Notes under the pieces: generated by a model
Told to the model about the DNA's origin: nothing
The model's input: the letters and a program-made list of their open reading frames with translations, nothing else
Database searches by the model: none
Made by a program: the position numbers and the translations under genes
Source: an uncultured Eubacteriales bacterium
Lineage (GTDB): Bacteria > Bacillota > Clostridia > TANB77 > RGIG9151
Assembly (NCBI GenBank): GCA_964631135.1
Contig: CAZVVZ010000009.1
Coordinates: 1-18,548, forward strand
Direction: 5' to 3'
Length of the DNA stretch: 18,548 nt
Part shown: piece by piece, positions 8,346 to 17,017 of the stretch
How positions within the stretch are numbered: position 1 is the first letter of the stretch
Layout: each line of letters opens with the position of its first letter

Positions 8346-9251
8346 TTATATTTTATTACCTCTTAAAAAGTCTTTAGCAAGCATCCTTTTTTTGTTCTCC
8401 GGCTGGATTTCAATAAGTTCTATAGCTCCATCTCCTGTTGCAACTATAAGTCCTTCTTTCGAATCAGACTTAATTATGTTTCCTGCTTCCCCCACACCTT
8501 CAACTATTTTTACTTTATGAATTTTAAATTTTTTACCGTTAAATTCTGTAAATGCCCCGGGCCAAGGAGTTACACCCCTTACTAAAGCATCTATCTCAGA
8601 ACTCTTTTTATTCCAATCTATTCTTCCTGTTTCTTTTGTTAGCATAGGCGCATAAGTAAAATTTTCCGGCTGTTTTTCCCGCTTTATCTTCCCATTCTCT
8701 ATTAAAGATAATGTCTCGCTTAAAGCCTCCGCACCAACAAATGACAGTCGTTCATAAAGTTCACCTGCTGTTTCTTCCTTGCCAATATTTACTTCTTTCT
8801 TTATTAGCATATCGCCTGTATCTAAGCCAACGTCCATATACATAGTTGTAATTCCCGTAACCTTATCTCCGTTTATAACAGACCACTGAATAGGTGCTGC
8901 CCCCCTATATTTAGGCAATAAAGAACCGTGAACATTTACACAGCCATATTTAGGCTGCTCCAAAACATTTTTCGGAAGTATTTGCCCAAATGCTACAACA
9001 ACAGTAACGTCAGGATTTAATTCCTTGTATTTCTCAAAAAAAGCATCATCATTTTTTATTTTAACAGGCTGTAACACATCAATGTTATGCCTTATAGCAC
9101 ACTCCTTAACAGGAGAATACTGAAGTTTCATACCCCTATCTTTAGACTTGTCCGGCTGAGTCACAACTGCCAAAACATCATGCCCATCTGCAATTATTCT
9201 TTCTAACGTAGGCACCGCAAAATCCGGAGTTCCCATAAAAACAATCTTCAT
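8346..9251 (-). CDS. fmt: Methionyl-tRNA formyltransferase
   Basis: MKIVFMGTPDFAVPTL N-terminus, the HGSLLPKYRGAAPIQW catalytic motif, and a C-terminal tRNA-binding domain. 301 aa. Confidence 0.95.
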   Translation of the reverse strand: MKIVFMGTPDFAVPTLERIIADGHDVLAVVTQPDKSKDRGMKLQYSPVKECAIRHNIDVLQPVKIKNDDAFFEKYKELNPDVTVVVAFGQILPKNVLEQPKYGCVNVHGSLLPKYRGAAPIQWSVINGDKVTGITTMYMDVGLDTGDMLIKKEVNIGKEETAGELYERLSFVGAEALSETLSLIENGKIKREKQPENFTYAPMLTKETGRIDWNKKSSEIDALVRGVTPWPGAFTEFNGKKFKIHKVKIVEGVGEAGNIIKSDSKEGLIVATGDGAIELIEIQPENKKRMLAKDFLRGNKI

Positions 9252-9272
9252 AAAAACCTATCCTTTCAAACT

Positions 9273-9872
9273 TTAATCATTGATTATACAAATTGTGTTA
9301 TCCCTTATACATGCAGTTTCAAAAGTTGAACTTTTTTCAACTTTTTCAGACGGCGAAACAGTAATTAAATCTGCAATCCTTAACTGTGTAGGATATATTC
9401 CTTGAGCAGATACAATAGCATTTCTGTTACCTTTGCAGCCTGCATGAACTGTTCCCTTTATAATGCCGGTAACCACTATATTGCCGGTTGCAATAACTTC
9501 CGCACCGGGATTAACATCTCCCATGACCACAACATTCCCTTTAAAATCTATCTGATTACCGGATCGCATTGTACCTCTGTAAAATTTTGTTTTTCCTTCA
9601 ATAGTATTTTTACTCCAATCAAAAGTAACAACATCTTCTGTAATATCATCAAATCCGGTTTCTAAATTTATCAACTTTTTTAATTCATCAAGCTCATACT
9701 TCTCCAAGTCCCTACCTTTTATAGTAGTCTTTAATATGGCTCCCTGAAAAAAGTCTCTAGATTCTTCAAGCTTTTTTTTCAATAATCTCTTTATAGTAGA
9801 AAAATCTAAATTGTCATCCAATAAAATTATCAAACCGTTTTTAGTTAATTTAAAAGTAACAGCTTCTATCAT
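9273..9872 (-). CDS. minC: Septum site-determining protein MinC
   Basis: C-terminal beta-helix signature NVVVMGDVNPGAEVIATGNIVVTGIIKGTVHAG. About 200 aa. It sits downstream of mreBCD-PBP2, as in the Clostridial mre-min arrangement. Confidence 0.85.
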   Translation of the reverse strand: MIEAVTFKLTKNGLIILLDDNLDFSTIKRLLKKKLEESRDFFQGAILKTTIKGRDLEKYELDELKKLINLETGFDDITEDVVTFDWSKNTIEGKTKFYRGTMRSGNQIDFKGNVVVMGDVNPGAEVIATGNIVVTGIIKGTVHAGCKGNRNAIVSAQGIYPTQLRIADLITVSPSEKVEKSSTFETACIRDNTICIIND

Positions 9873-9888
9873 TTGTAATTCTCTCCCT

Positions 9889-12012
9889 CTACATCATTGT
9901 GTTATCACTAACAATAGCCTTAGTTGTAATATCATCAGCAGTTTCCTTCAGTCCAAAATACTCTCTTAAAACATCTAATACAATAGATGCTGTATAAGCC
10001 CCATGCACTCCGTTTTCAACTAATGCACAAATCGCTATCTCCGGTTCATCATAAGGTGCAAAACCTATAAACCATGCATTGTCGGCATTTGTACCGCTTA
10101 CCTGAACAGAACCCGTCTTACCGCCAACTTTTATAGGGAAATTCTTAAAAGTATTGTATGCAGTTCCGCTTGAATCACCGGTAACAGACTCCATACCTGA
10201 AAATACCGCTTCTAAAGTTTCCTCACTTATATTTAAATCTTCCGGCATATCATCATTATAATCAAACCCTAACTCATTTCCAACATACATTTCAATTTCA
10301 TCTCTCGTTAAAATTGTCCCGTCATTAGTGACTATGCTTTTTATAATATGGGGTCTGACACGTTTCCCTCCATTTGCCAGAATTGCGATATACCTTGCTA
10401 TCTGAATAGGTGTAAAAGAATGATAAGATTGCCCTATTGATGCACTTAACGTTTCTCCCACCTTCCATTTTCTATTTTCTTTTTCTTCAACATACTTTCT
10501 ACTAGCAACAATTCCCTCTCTTTCACCTTCAAGCTCAATTCCGGTTTTTTCACCAAGTCCAAATTTTCTGGAATATTCTTCAATTTTATCAATTCCTATA
10601 GCCTCGCCAACAGTATAAAAGAAATAATTGCAAGACGTTTTTATCGCATCAGACACATTAACAGCTCCATGAGTCCTTCCGGAACTCCATATCCAACATT
10701 TAGGCTGAGGCGACTTATACTTTTTGTAAACTCCCTCATCGACAATAATAGTATCTTTATCAATAGCCTTTTCCTCAAGTGCCGCAACAGCTACCACCAT
10801 TTTAAATATAGAACCGGGAGAATATAATCCCATAATATTTCTATTAAACATAGGCTTTGTTTCAATATTTAATTTATTCCAATCTTCATTAGAAATACCT
10901 TTAACAAACAAATTTGGGTCATAATCCGGGTAACTTGCCATAGCAAGTATTTCTCCGTTTTTAACATCAATAGCTATAACAGCACCGGACTTTGCCTCAG
11001 GAGAGCCATCAGAATATTTGCCGGTTGCAATATTTTCTATAGTATTTTTAAGTGCATCCTCCGCAACCTTCTGAAGTTCAGCATCTAACGTTAAATATAC
11101 CTGAGCTCCCGATTCAGTTCCCTCACTTTGAGAATACGAATACTTGCCGCTTGCGTCAACTTCTATTTTTTGCAAAGAATTTTTACCTCTTAAAAATCTC
11201 TCCATTATGCTTTCTATGCCACTTCTGCCTATATTATCCGTGCTTGAATATCCCTCATCTTTTAGTTCTTCATACTTTTCAGAACTAATCTTACTTATGT
11301 ACCCCAGTACATGACTAGCCAGTTTACCGTTAGGATAAGTCCTAATCGGTTGTATTTCTACAGTAACACCGGGAAATTCGGCAAACCTTTCCTCTAAAGC
11401 CGCAACAGCCTCTTTACTAATATCTGTTGCAACTTCATATGGCTTAAAAGCACTATATCCAACCCTATCAAGTTCATATCTTATCCCTATAATTTTTCTG
11501 CTATCCTCCATAGAATATTCGTCCAAATCATATTTTTTTCTGTAATTCTCTAAAATATCATATGCTGTCGTATCGTCAGAAAACTTATACCTCTTTTTCC
11601 ATTTACTAACCTCATCAGATGTATCTAAAGTAAAAATCGCTTCACCGTTTGAGAGAACTATAGGAAATGTATCCCGATATACCACTTCATTTTCTGCCAA
11701 TAAATTAACCAAATTCAATATAAGCTTATTTCTATCAGCAGTAGACATAGACTGCTTATACATCATAACATTATAGCCGTCTCTGTTGGTAGCAAAAATA
11801 TCACCATGCCTGTCTAAAATCTCACCACGCGGAGCAACAACCGTTACTTTCCTAGACGTTCTGTTTTCGGACTGTTTCCTGTAATCTGCGCCATTTACTA
11901 TTTGCAAATTAAAAAGTTGTATTATTAAAATAATACCACCTAAAATAATAAATAAATTCAATATGTTTATTCGCATATCATTTTTTCCGTTGTTACCCAA
12001 AAAAATCACCAC
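9889..12012 (-). CDS. mrdA: Penicillin-binding protein 2 (elongation-specific class B transpeptidase)
   Basis: N-terminal TM then PBP dimerisation domain. Transpeptidase motifs present: SxxK (GSIFK), SxN (SCN), KTG (GKTGS). The GTG start at 12012 lies 3 nt after the mreD stop. An alternative ATG at 11976 (MRINILN...) cannot be excluded. Confidence 0.92.
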   Translation of the reverse strand: MVIFLGNNGKNDMRINILNLFIILGGIILIIQLFNLQIVNGADYRKQSENRTSRKVTVVAPRGEILDRHGDIFATNRDGYNVMMYKQSMSTADRNKLILNLVNLLAENEVVYRDTFPIVLSNGEAIFTLDTSDEVSKWKKRYKFSDDTTAYDILENYRKKYDLDEYSMEDSRKIIGIRYELDRVGYSAFKPYEVATDISKEAVAALEERFAEFPGVTVEIQPIRTYPNGKLASHVLGYISKISSEKYEELKDEGYSSTDNIGRSGIESIMERFLRGKNSLQKIEVDASGKYSYSQSEGTESGAQVYLTLDAELQKVAEDALKNTIENIATGKYSDGSPEAKSGAVIAIDVKNGEILAMASYPDYDPNLFVKGISNEDWNKLNIETKPMFNRNIMGLYSPGSIFKMVVAVAALEEKAIDKDTIIVDEGVYKKYKSPQPKCWIWSSGRTHGAVNVSDAIKTSCNYFFYTVGEAIGIDKIEEYSRKFGLGEKTGIELEGEREGIVASRKYVEEKENRKWKVGETLSASIGQSYHSFTPIQIARYIAILANGGKRVRPHIIKSIVTNDGTILTRDEIEMYVGNELGFDYNDDMPEDLNISEETLEAVFSGMESVTGDSSGTAYNTFKNFPIKVGGKTGSVQVSGTNADNAWFIGFAPYDEPEIAICALVENGVHGAYTASIVLDVLREYFGLKETADDITTKAIVSDNTMM

Positions 12013-12015
12013 ACA

Positions 12016-12522
12016 TTATCTTCCAAATATATTTCTGTCAAGCTCCACACCGATATTGATTTTCAAAAGTATCGGATACAGTATTATTGATGCAATGACA
12101 TTAGTCAAAGCCGATAGCAGCACATTAGTAATAAAATTCCCAAAATTAAAAGCTTGAGAATACATAAATGCCCCAAAAATATAAATTAAAATTTCATATA
12201 TAACAGTTGTAGCACCCGTAAGAGCTATTGCAACAAAGTAATTATCCTTAAAAAATCTTTTATTAAACTGGCCTAAAATTATGCCAATATGCATACATAA
12301 AAGTGCATATAACCCTATAGCACGTCCCTGTGTAAAATCCAGAAGTAATCCGGAAGCAAATCCGACGTAGCCTCCCACCGCACTTCCAAATAAAAAAGCA
12401 ATGCCACATACAACAACTAAAACCAGATTAGGAGCTACCCCTAAAATATTAAAATCGGGGATTATAACAGTCTGTAAAATATAAATTATAACTACAATAA
12501 GAATTAATTTTACATTTTTCAT
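12016..12522 (-). CDS. mreD: Rod shape-determining protein MreD
   Basis: 168-aa polytopic membrane protein immediately after mreC. The position and hydrophobic profile are typical of MreD. Confidence 0.85.
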   Translation of the reverse strand: MKNVKLILIVVIIYILQTVIIPDFNILGVAPNLVLVVVCGIAFLFGSAVGGYVGFASGLLLDFTQGRAIGLYALLCMHIGIILGQFNKRFFKDNYFVAIALTGATTVIYEILIYIFGAFMYSQAFNFGNFITNVLLSALTNVIASIILYPILLKINIGVELDRNIFGR

Positions 12523-12525
12523 CCG

Positions 12526-13359
12526 CTAATTTACCCCCACATTTTCAATGATTAAAACCTCTCTTATTTTGCTGAAATCAACACCCGGCTCAATCAGTGC
12601 ATATTGTTTCATAACATCAGTATCTTCCTCAGTTTTCTTTATAGTGCCTATATATATACCTTTCGGATATATTCCTCCCATACCGGATGTTTCTATAACA
12701 TCACCCTCAGCCAGTAATATATCTGACTGAACATACTTTAATTTTAATAAGCCTTCCTTAACAAGGCCCATATCCCCTTCAGTTGTAACTAATTCGCCTT
12801 CTTTAGTGAGTAAAGCACTAACTCTGTTAGATACGTCCAGTATAGTAGTAACCTGTGATGAATGAGGAAACACTTTAGTAACCTTTCCCACAAGCCCTGA
12901 AGGAGTCAAAACAGTCATATTTTCCTTTATTCCATCTTTTTCACCTTTATTAACAGTAATAACTTCAAACCACGTAGAATCAACAGATATTACCTCTGCG
13001 ACAACGGCATTAGAAGTGTCATACTTCTTAGTTAAATTTAGCATATTTCTTAATTCATCATTTTCTATTCCATCAATTTCAAGCTGTCTTACCTTCTCTT
13101 TCAATTCTGTATTTTCCTTAGTAAGCCTTTCATTTTCAATAGCATATTCCTTCATTTCAACAAAAAAATCTATGGAATCCTTTATTTTATTGTAAGGTAA
13201 TTTAACCACAGACTGAATAGGTAAAAACACAAAATTAACAACCCGTTCAAAAAAATTAGGATTAGCTTTCGGCTGTATAGTCAAAGAGATAGAAATAATT
13301 AAAAGTGCAGTACTTACTATAATTAAAGTTTTTTTACTAAACGGCACTTTAATCTTCAT
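12526..13359 (-). CDS. mreC: Rod shape-determining protein MreC
   Basis: N-terminal TM, a coiled-coil segment (ENERLTKENTELKEKVRQLE), then beta-rich domains (GLVGKVTKVFPHSSQVTTILD, GGIYPKGIYIGTI). SD AAGGAGGG is present. Confidence 0.92.
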   Translation of the reverse strand: MKIKVPFSKKTLIIVSTALLIISISLTIQPKANPNFFERVVNFVFLPIQSVVKLPYNKIKDSIDFFVEMKEYAIENERLTKENTELKEKVRQLEIDGIENDELRNMLNLTKKYDTSNAVVAEVISVDSTWFEVITVNKGEKDGIKENMTVLTPSGLVGKVTKVFPHSSQVTTILDVSNRVSALLTKEGELVTTEGDMGLVKEGLLKLKYVQSDILLAEGDVIETSGMGGIYPKGIYIGTIKKTEEDTDVMKQYALIEPGVDFSKIREVLIIENVGVN

Positions 13360-13376
13360 TTCTATCCCTCCTTAAA

Positions 13377-14399
13377 TTATCTCATTCTTCTACTGGTCAA
13401 AACTTCTTTTAAAACATCCAAATTCTCAGCAACATTTCCTGCACCGGTAACAACACAGTCAAGTGCATTATCTGCAATTTTAACCGGCATTCCGGTTTCT
13501 TCTGTTATAAGCTTGTCTATTCCTTTTATCAAGGCTCCTCCGCCTGCAAGATAAATTCCTCTGTTCATAATATCCGCAGCCAGCTCCGGCGGAGTTTTTT
13601 CCAAAGTATATTTTATAGCATCAATAATAGATGAAACAGGCTCACTCATAGCAATTAAAATCTCGTTTGAACTAATAACGACATTCTTTGGAAGACCTGT
13701 CAATAAATCACGGCCTCTAATATCCATCGTTTTCTCTTCTTCAACAGGATAAGCGCTTCCTATAGAAAGCTTTATTTCCTCTGCCGTTCTTTCTCCCACC
13801 ATTAAATTATGCTCTTTTTTAATATAATTTATAATAGCATCATCAATTTTTTCACCGGCAACTCTAATAGATTTAGAAACAACAATTCCTCCTAAAGAAA
13901 TAACCGCAACTTCACTTGTTCCGCCTCCGATATCAACAATCATGCTACCTGATGCATCCTCTATAGGTAACTTTGCACCAATTGCAGCAGCCATAGGCTC
14001 CTCAAGTAAAAATGCCTCCCTTACTCCGGCTTGCAAAGCCGCTTCCTGTACAGCCCTCTCCTCAACCTCCGTAACACCGGACGGAACACATATAACAACT
14101 CTCGGCTTTCCAAACAATCCATCCTTACAAACTTTCTTTATAAAATACTTAAGCATAGCTTGAGTAACCTCAAAATCAGCAATAACCCCATTTTTTAGTG
14201 GACGTATAGCGACAATAGCCCCAGGAGTTTTCCCAACCATATTCTTAGCTTCATTTCCGACAGCCAGGACATGCTTTACTTTCTGGTTAACTGCAACAAC
14301 AGATGGCTCCCTTAATGCAATTCCTTCTTCGCCTGCAATCTTTATCAAAGTATTTGCTGTACCTAAATCTATCCCTATATCCTTTGTCCAAAGCCTCAT
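13377..14399 (-). CDS. mreB: Rod shape-determining actin homologue MreB (340 aa from ATG 14399)
   Basis: [11 protein letters not shown] phosphate-1 motif, [11 protein letters not shown], and [11 protein letters not shown]. The track ORF begins at TTG 14420 and would overlap radC. ATG 14399 is preceded by AAAGGAGA at optimal spacing and gives the canonical MreB N-terminus. Confidence 0.95.
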   Translation of the reverse strand: MRLWTKDIGIDLGTANTLIKIAGEEGIALREPSVVAVNQKVKHVLAVGNEAKNMVGKTPGAIVAIRPLKNGVIADFEVTQAMLKYFIKKVCKDGLFGKPRVVICVPSGVTEVEERAVQEAALQAGVREAFLLEEPMAAAIGAKLPIEDASGSMIVDIGGGTSEVAVISLGGIVVSKSIRVAGEKIDDAIINYIKKEHNLMVGERTAEEIKLSIGSAYPVEEEKTMDIRGRDLLTGLPKNVVISSNEILIAMSEPVSSIIDAIKYTLEKTPPELAADIMNRGIYLAGGGALIKGIDKLITEETGMPVKIADNALDCVVTGAGNVAENLDVLKEVLTSRRMR

Positions 14400-14413
14400 A
14401 CAACTTATCTCCT

Positions 14414-15109
14414 TTACCAATTTAACAGCTCTTGCTGTCTTATACTTACATACTTTCCATCGCCAACAACTATATGATCTATAAGTTTTATACCTAATAG
14501 CTCTCCTAATGCTTTTATTTTTTCAGTCATTAAAATATCCTCATTACTCGGTGTAGGATCCCCACTGGGATGATTATGTGCAATAATTATATTACCGCAG
14601 CCACACTCAATCGGCATCCTAAAAACAGCACTCGGAGTTACCTCTGCACTATTTATGCCCCCTATCGCAATAGTTGCAACCCTTTCCAATCTTCCCTTAA
14701 CATTCAATCCTAAAACTTTTACTTTTTCTTGTTTCTCATCGTTAAGAATATCAAGTAAATATTCCCCAGCCAAATTTGAGCGAAATAGGAACGGCTTTTC
14801 GACGACCTTAGAATCAATCCTATTTGCAAGCTCAAAAGCTGCTTTCAACACAATAGCTTTTACCCTACCAATTCCTTTTATATTCATCAACGAACTAAGT
14901 GAAGCATTTCTTACCGAAAAGCAATCATTTTCTGTACAGCATTCATTTAATACTCTTTGTGCAAGCTGGATAGAAGTTTCTTCCTTAGTACCGGATTTAA
15001 TTATAATAGCTAAAAGCTCCGCATTAGATAAAGACTTTTCACCGTATAACTCAAGTTTCTCATATGGTCTTTCCAAAGCCGGTAATTCTTTAATTGTGTA
15101 TCGTGTCAT
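14414..15109 (-). CDS. radC: RadC-family (JAMM/MPN metalloenzyme-like) protein
   Basis: N-terminal HhH region ([35 protein letters not shown]) and the C-terminal JAMM motif [16 protein letters not shown]. The conserved radC-mreB synteny is present. SD AAGGAGA lies upstream of the ATG at 15109. Confidence 0.92.
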   Translation of the reverse strand: MTRYTIKELPALERPYEKLELYGEKSLSNAELLAIIIKSGTKEETSIQLAQRVLNECCTENDCFSVRNASLSSLMNIKGIGRVKAIVLKAAFELANRIDSKVVEKPFLFRSNLAGEYLLDILNDEKQEKVKVLGLNVKGRLERVATIAIGGINSAEVTPSAVFRMPIECGCGNIIIAHNHPSGDPTPSNEDILMTEKIKALGELLGIKLIDHIVVGDGKYVSIRQQELLNW

Positions 15110-15165
15110 TATTTCTCCTTATCTGCTAACCGGTCCTTAGCTACATAATGTAAAAACTCAAAAAT

Positions 15166-15194
15166 ATTATATATGTTTAGAATCATAAATTCAA
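15166..15194 (-). promoter_or_regulatory. Putative sigmaA-type promoter of the radC-mreB... cluster
   Basis: On the - strand: TTGAAT (15194..15189), 17-nt spacer, perfect TATAAT (15171..15166). This predicts a leader of about 50 nt ending in AAGGAGA followed by the radC ATG. Confidence 0.5.
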
Positions 15195-15315
15195 TACAAA
15201 CTACTAAAAAACTTGGCAGTAGGTTGCTGTTTATACTATTGACGTTGCTCCCACAACTTTCCTAAAGGTTTCAGAATACAAATATAGAAATTATAATTGA
15301 AAGGTCGTGGCCGGT

Positions 15316-15606
15316 ATGTCAATAACTCTAAATCTAGTGTCAGAAAAAAATAATGTAATAAATAATTTCCTAAAAACTTTCTTTGAAAAAAATATGCTTA
15401 CTGACGAAAACACAGTTGAGTGGAGCTATATCCTGCCTGAACCGCTGGATGCAATAAATATAATAAGTGCGGTAATGGACAACTCTCTAGAAAAAGATTT
15501 AACTGTATGGGTATCATTTGATCCCAATGTATTCATAAAAGTGAAAAGCGATAACTATAATGATATTATTAAATATATTTTAGAAAGATTTAGTAAAATT
15601 GCTTGA
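15316..15606 (+). CDS. Hypothetical small acidic protein (96 aa from ATG 15316; the track ORF starts at GTG 15307)
   Basis: The ORF has globular-looking, non-repetitive composition (14 D/E vs 9 K/R by my count). No family recognised. It is divergent from radC. The SD is weak (GAAAGG, 12 nt upstream of the ATG). Confidence 0.55.
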   Translation: MSITLNLVSEKNNVINNFLKTFFEKNMLTDENTVEWSYILPEPLDAINIISAVMDNSLEKDLTVWVSFDPNVFIKVKSDNYNDIIKYILERFSKIA

Positions 15607-15631
15607 TATTGTGAATAAATTATAATAAACT
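15599..15631 (+). promoter_or_regulatory. Candidate promoter(s) for the zinc-ribbon gene
   Basis: There are two overlapping possibilities: TTGCTT-16 nt-TATAAT (-10 at 15621-15626) or TTGATA-17 nt-TAAACT (-10 at 15626-15631). Both lie upstream of the strong SD AAGGAGG at 15650-15656. Co-transcription with the upstream small ORF is equally possible. Confidence 0.3.
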
Positions 15632-15665
15632 AAATTCGTACAAATGTCCAAGGAGGAATGATATT

Positions 15666-16154
15666 ATGGAATTTAATGAAAAATTAAACTTGTTTGGTAA
15701 AAAGGTTTCCAAAACATTCACAAAAACATATAAAGTTGCAACCGAAAAATCCGGAAAATTGATTGAAGAAGCTAAACTCAGAATGCAAATTGCCGGTGAA
15801 AACGACAAGATTTCTGAAAAATTAGAAGAAATCGGTGCTGCTGTATATGAAGACTTTAAATCAGGCAATTCAACATATGCCGATTTTGAAGATCTTTGTA
15901 AAGAAATCGAAGAATCTGAAAGCTTAGTGCAGGAAATGCGTAATAAAATATTAGAAATGAAAAAATTAAAGCAGTGTTCCGTATGCACTACAGAAATTTC
16001 TAAAGAAGACAGGTTCTGCTCAAAATGCGGAGCTGAGCAGGATGTGACTATTGAAGAAGAAAAACCTGAAACAGATAAATGCCCTTATTGCGATGCAAAG
16101 CTTGCAAAAAATGCTACATTCTGTTCTGCTTGCGGTACAAAGCTAGAAGTGTAA
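15666..16154 (+). CDS. Coiled-coil protein with two C-terminal zinc-ribbon motifs
   Basis: About 100 aa of charged helical sequence, then CSVCTTEISKEDRFCSKCG and CPYCDAKLAKNATFCSACG (the CxxC-x9-11-FCxxCG zinc-ribbon pattern, twice). AAGGAGG SD lies 9 nt upstream of the ATG. Confidence 0.85.
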   Translation: MEFNEKLNLFGKKVSKTFTKTYKVATEKSGKLIEEAKLRMQIAGENDKISEKLEEIGAAVYEDFKSGNSTYADFEDLCKEIEESESLVQEMRNKILEMKKLKQCSVCTTEISKEDRFCSKCGAEQDVTIEEEKPETDKCPYCDAKLAKNATFCSACGTKLEV

Positions 16155-16165
16155 AAAATGGCTGT

Positions 16166-16279
16166 AAAAAGCTCCCCCTAAATAGCAAATAACTCATATA
16201 TTTAATGAACATAGAATACTTTCCCGCGAATATTCGCATCTTTAAATATATAAAGTATTTGCTATTTGGGGGATTTTTT
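16166..16279. terminator. Compound nested inverted repeat, probably a bidirectional terminator between convergent genes
   Basis: Outer 18-bp stem 16173-16191 / 16256-16273 (TCCCCCTAAATAGCAAATA vs TATTTGCTATTTGGGGGA, one bulged T). Inner perfect 10-bp stem 16196-16205 ATATATTTAA / 16242-16251 TTAAATATAT. Apical perfect 12-nt palindrome GCGAATATTCGC at 16226-16237. A5 tract on the left and T6 tract on the right. Confidence 0.6.
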
Positions 16280-16289
16280 ATAGTCACTT

Positions 16290-17009
16290 TTACTTTAGCA
16301 TAATAAATGCCGTAAATCTTCCTTGCTCTCTATCTCCCTTCCTATACGAGTAAAATCTTTCTGAATTACACGAAGTACAAATTCCCTTGCACTCTATATT
16401 TTCTCTTTTTATCCCTATTTGAGTAAGCATATAAATATTAGCATTCCATAAATCAACAAACAACTTCCCTTTATCTTCAAACGCCCCAATTGATAATTCT
16501 CTTCTAAATTGATTATATGTATCCTCTTTAACTTCAAAACAGCAAGGTCCTATTGACGGGCCAATCCCAACCATAATATCTTCAACTTTTGAGCCGTATT
16601 CCCTAACCATTTTTAATACAGCCTCTCGCCCAATAAATTTTATAGTCCCCTTCCATCCTGAATGTACTGAAGCAATAACCCTTTTTTCCGGGTCAAAAAA
16701 TAATAGTGGGACACAATCAGCATAACATGTGCATAGCACCTTGCCACTTAAATCAGTCATAAGCCCATCATAAGATTCAATATTATTTAGTGAGCCTTCA
16801 CCTATCAATCGAATTTCTTTGTCGTGTACTTGATTGATAAAAAACAAATCCCTCTCCATAACATTTAATTCTCTGGATAATTCATTTTTACCGTTCTTAA
16901 AAGCCTCGGAGTTATAATCATTATGCATAAAATCAATACCTCTCTCAGTTATTCCGTGACTAATAATGTCCGAATATTCGTCAAAAATATTAAATTTAAT
17001 ATATTTCAT
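16290..17009 (-). CDS. pgeF: Peptidoglycan editing factor PgeF (YfiH/YlmD, DUF152 laccase-domain family)
   Basis: HGITERG near the N-terminus, QVHDKEI, DGLMTD, YADCVPLLFFD, SVHSGWKGT, GPSIGPCCFEV, and CTSCNSERFYSYRK. These are the characteristic His/Cys ligand pattern and family motifs. Confidence 0.92.
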   Translation of the reverse strand: MKYIKFNIFDEYSDIISHGITERGIDFMHNDYNSEAFKNGKNELSRELNVMERDLFFINQVHDKEIRLIGEGSLNNIESYDGLMTDLSGKVLCTCYADCVPLLFFDPEKRVIASVHSGWKGTIKFIGREAVLKMVREYGSKVEDIMVGIGPSIGPCCFEVKEDTYNQFRRELSIGAFEDKGKLFVDLWNANIYMLTQIGIKRENIECKGICTSCNSERFYSYRKGDREQGRFTAFIMLK

Positions 17010-17017
17010 AAAAATTT

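Noticed and set aside
15173-15265. 30-codon + strand sORF (MFRIINSIQTTKKLGSRLLFILLTLLPQLS) in the radC divergent promoter region, superficially like a hydrophobic type-I toxin peptide.
   Set aside because: There is no SD or other initiation signal upstream. It overlaps the predicted radC promoter on the opposite strand. Short ORFs of this size arise readily by chance, and no antisense-RNA structure is evident.
15270-15297. TTCAGA-16 nt-TATAAT as a promoter for the 96-aa ORF.
   Set aside because: The -10 is perfect, but the predicted transcription start (about 15304) would fall on or after the only SD-like sequence, leaving a roughly 12-nt leader. It is too uncertain to list as a feature. TTGACG at 15239 has no acceptable -10 element.
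15620-15988. 122-aa - strand ORF overlapping the zinc-ribbon gene.
   Set aside because: It is antisense to an ORF that has a strong AAGGAGG SD and clear zinc-ribbon motifs. Its translation is Ser/Leu/Phe-rich low complexity with no SD, so it is a shadow ORF.
16226-16237. Perfect 12-nt palindrome GCGAATATTCGC as a possible operator for a dimeric regulator.
   Set aside because: It lies at the apex of the large nested hairpin between two convergent gene ends, not near any promoter. It is more simply explained as part of the terminator/repeat structure.
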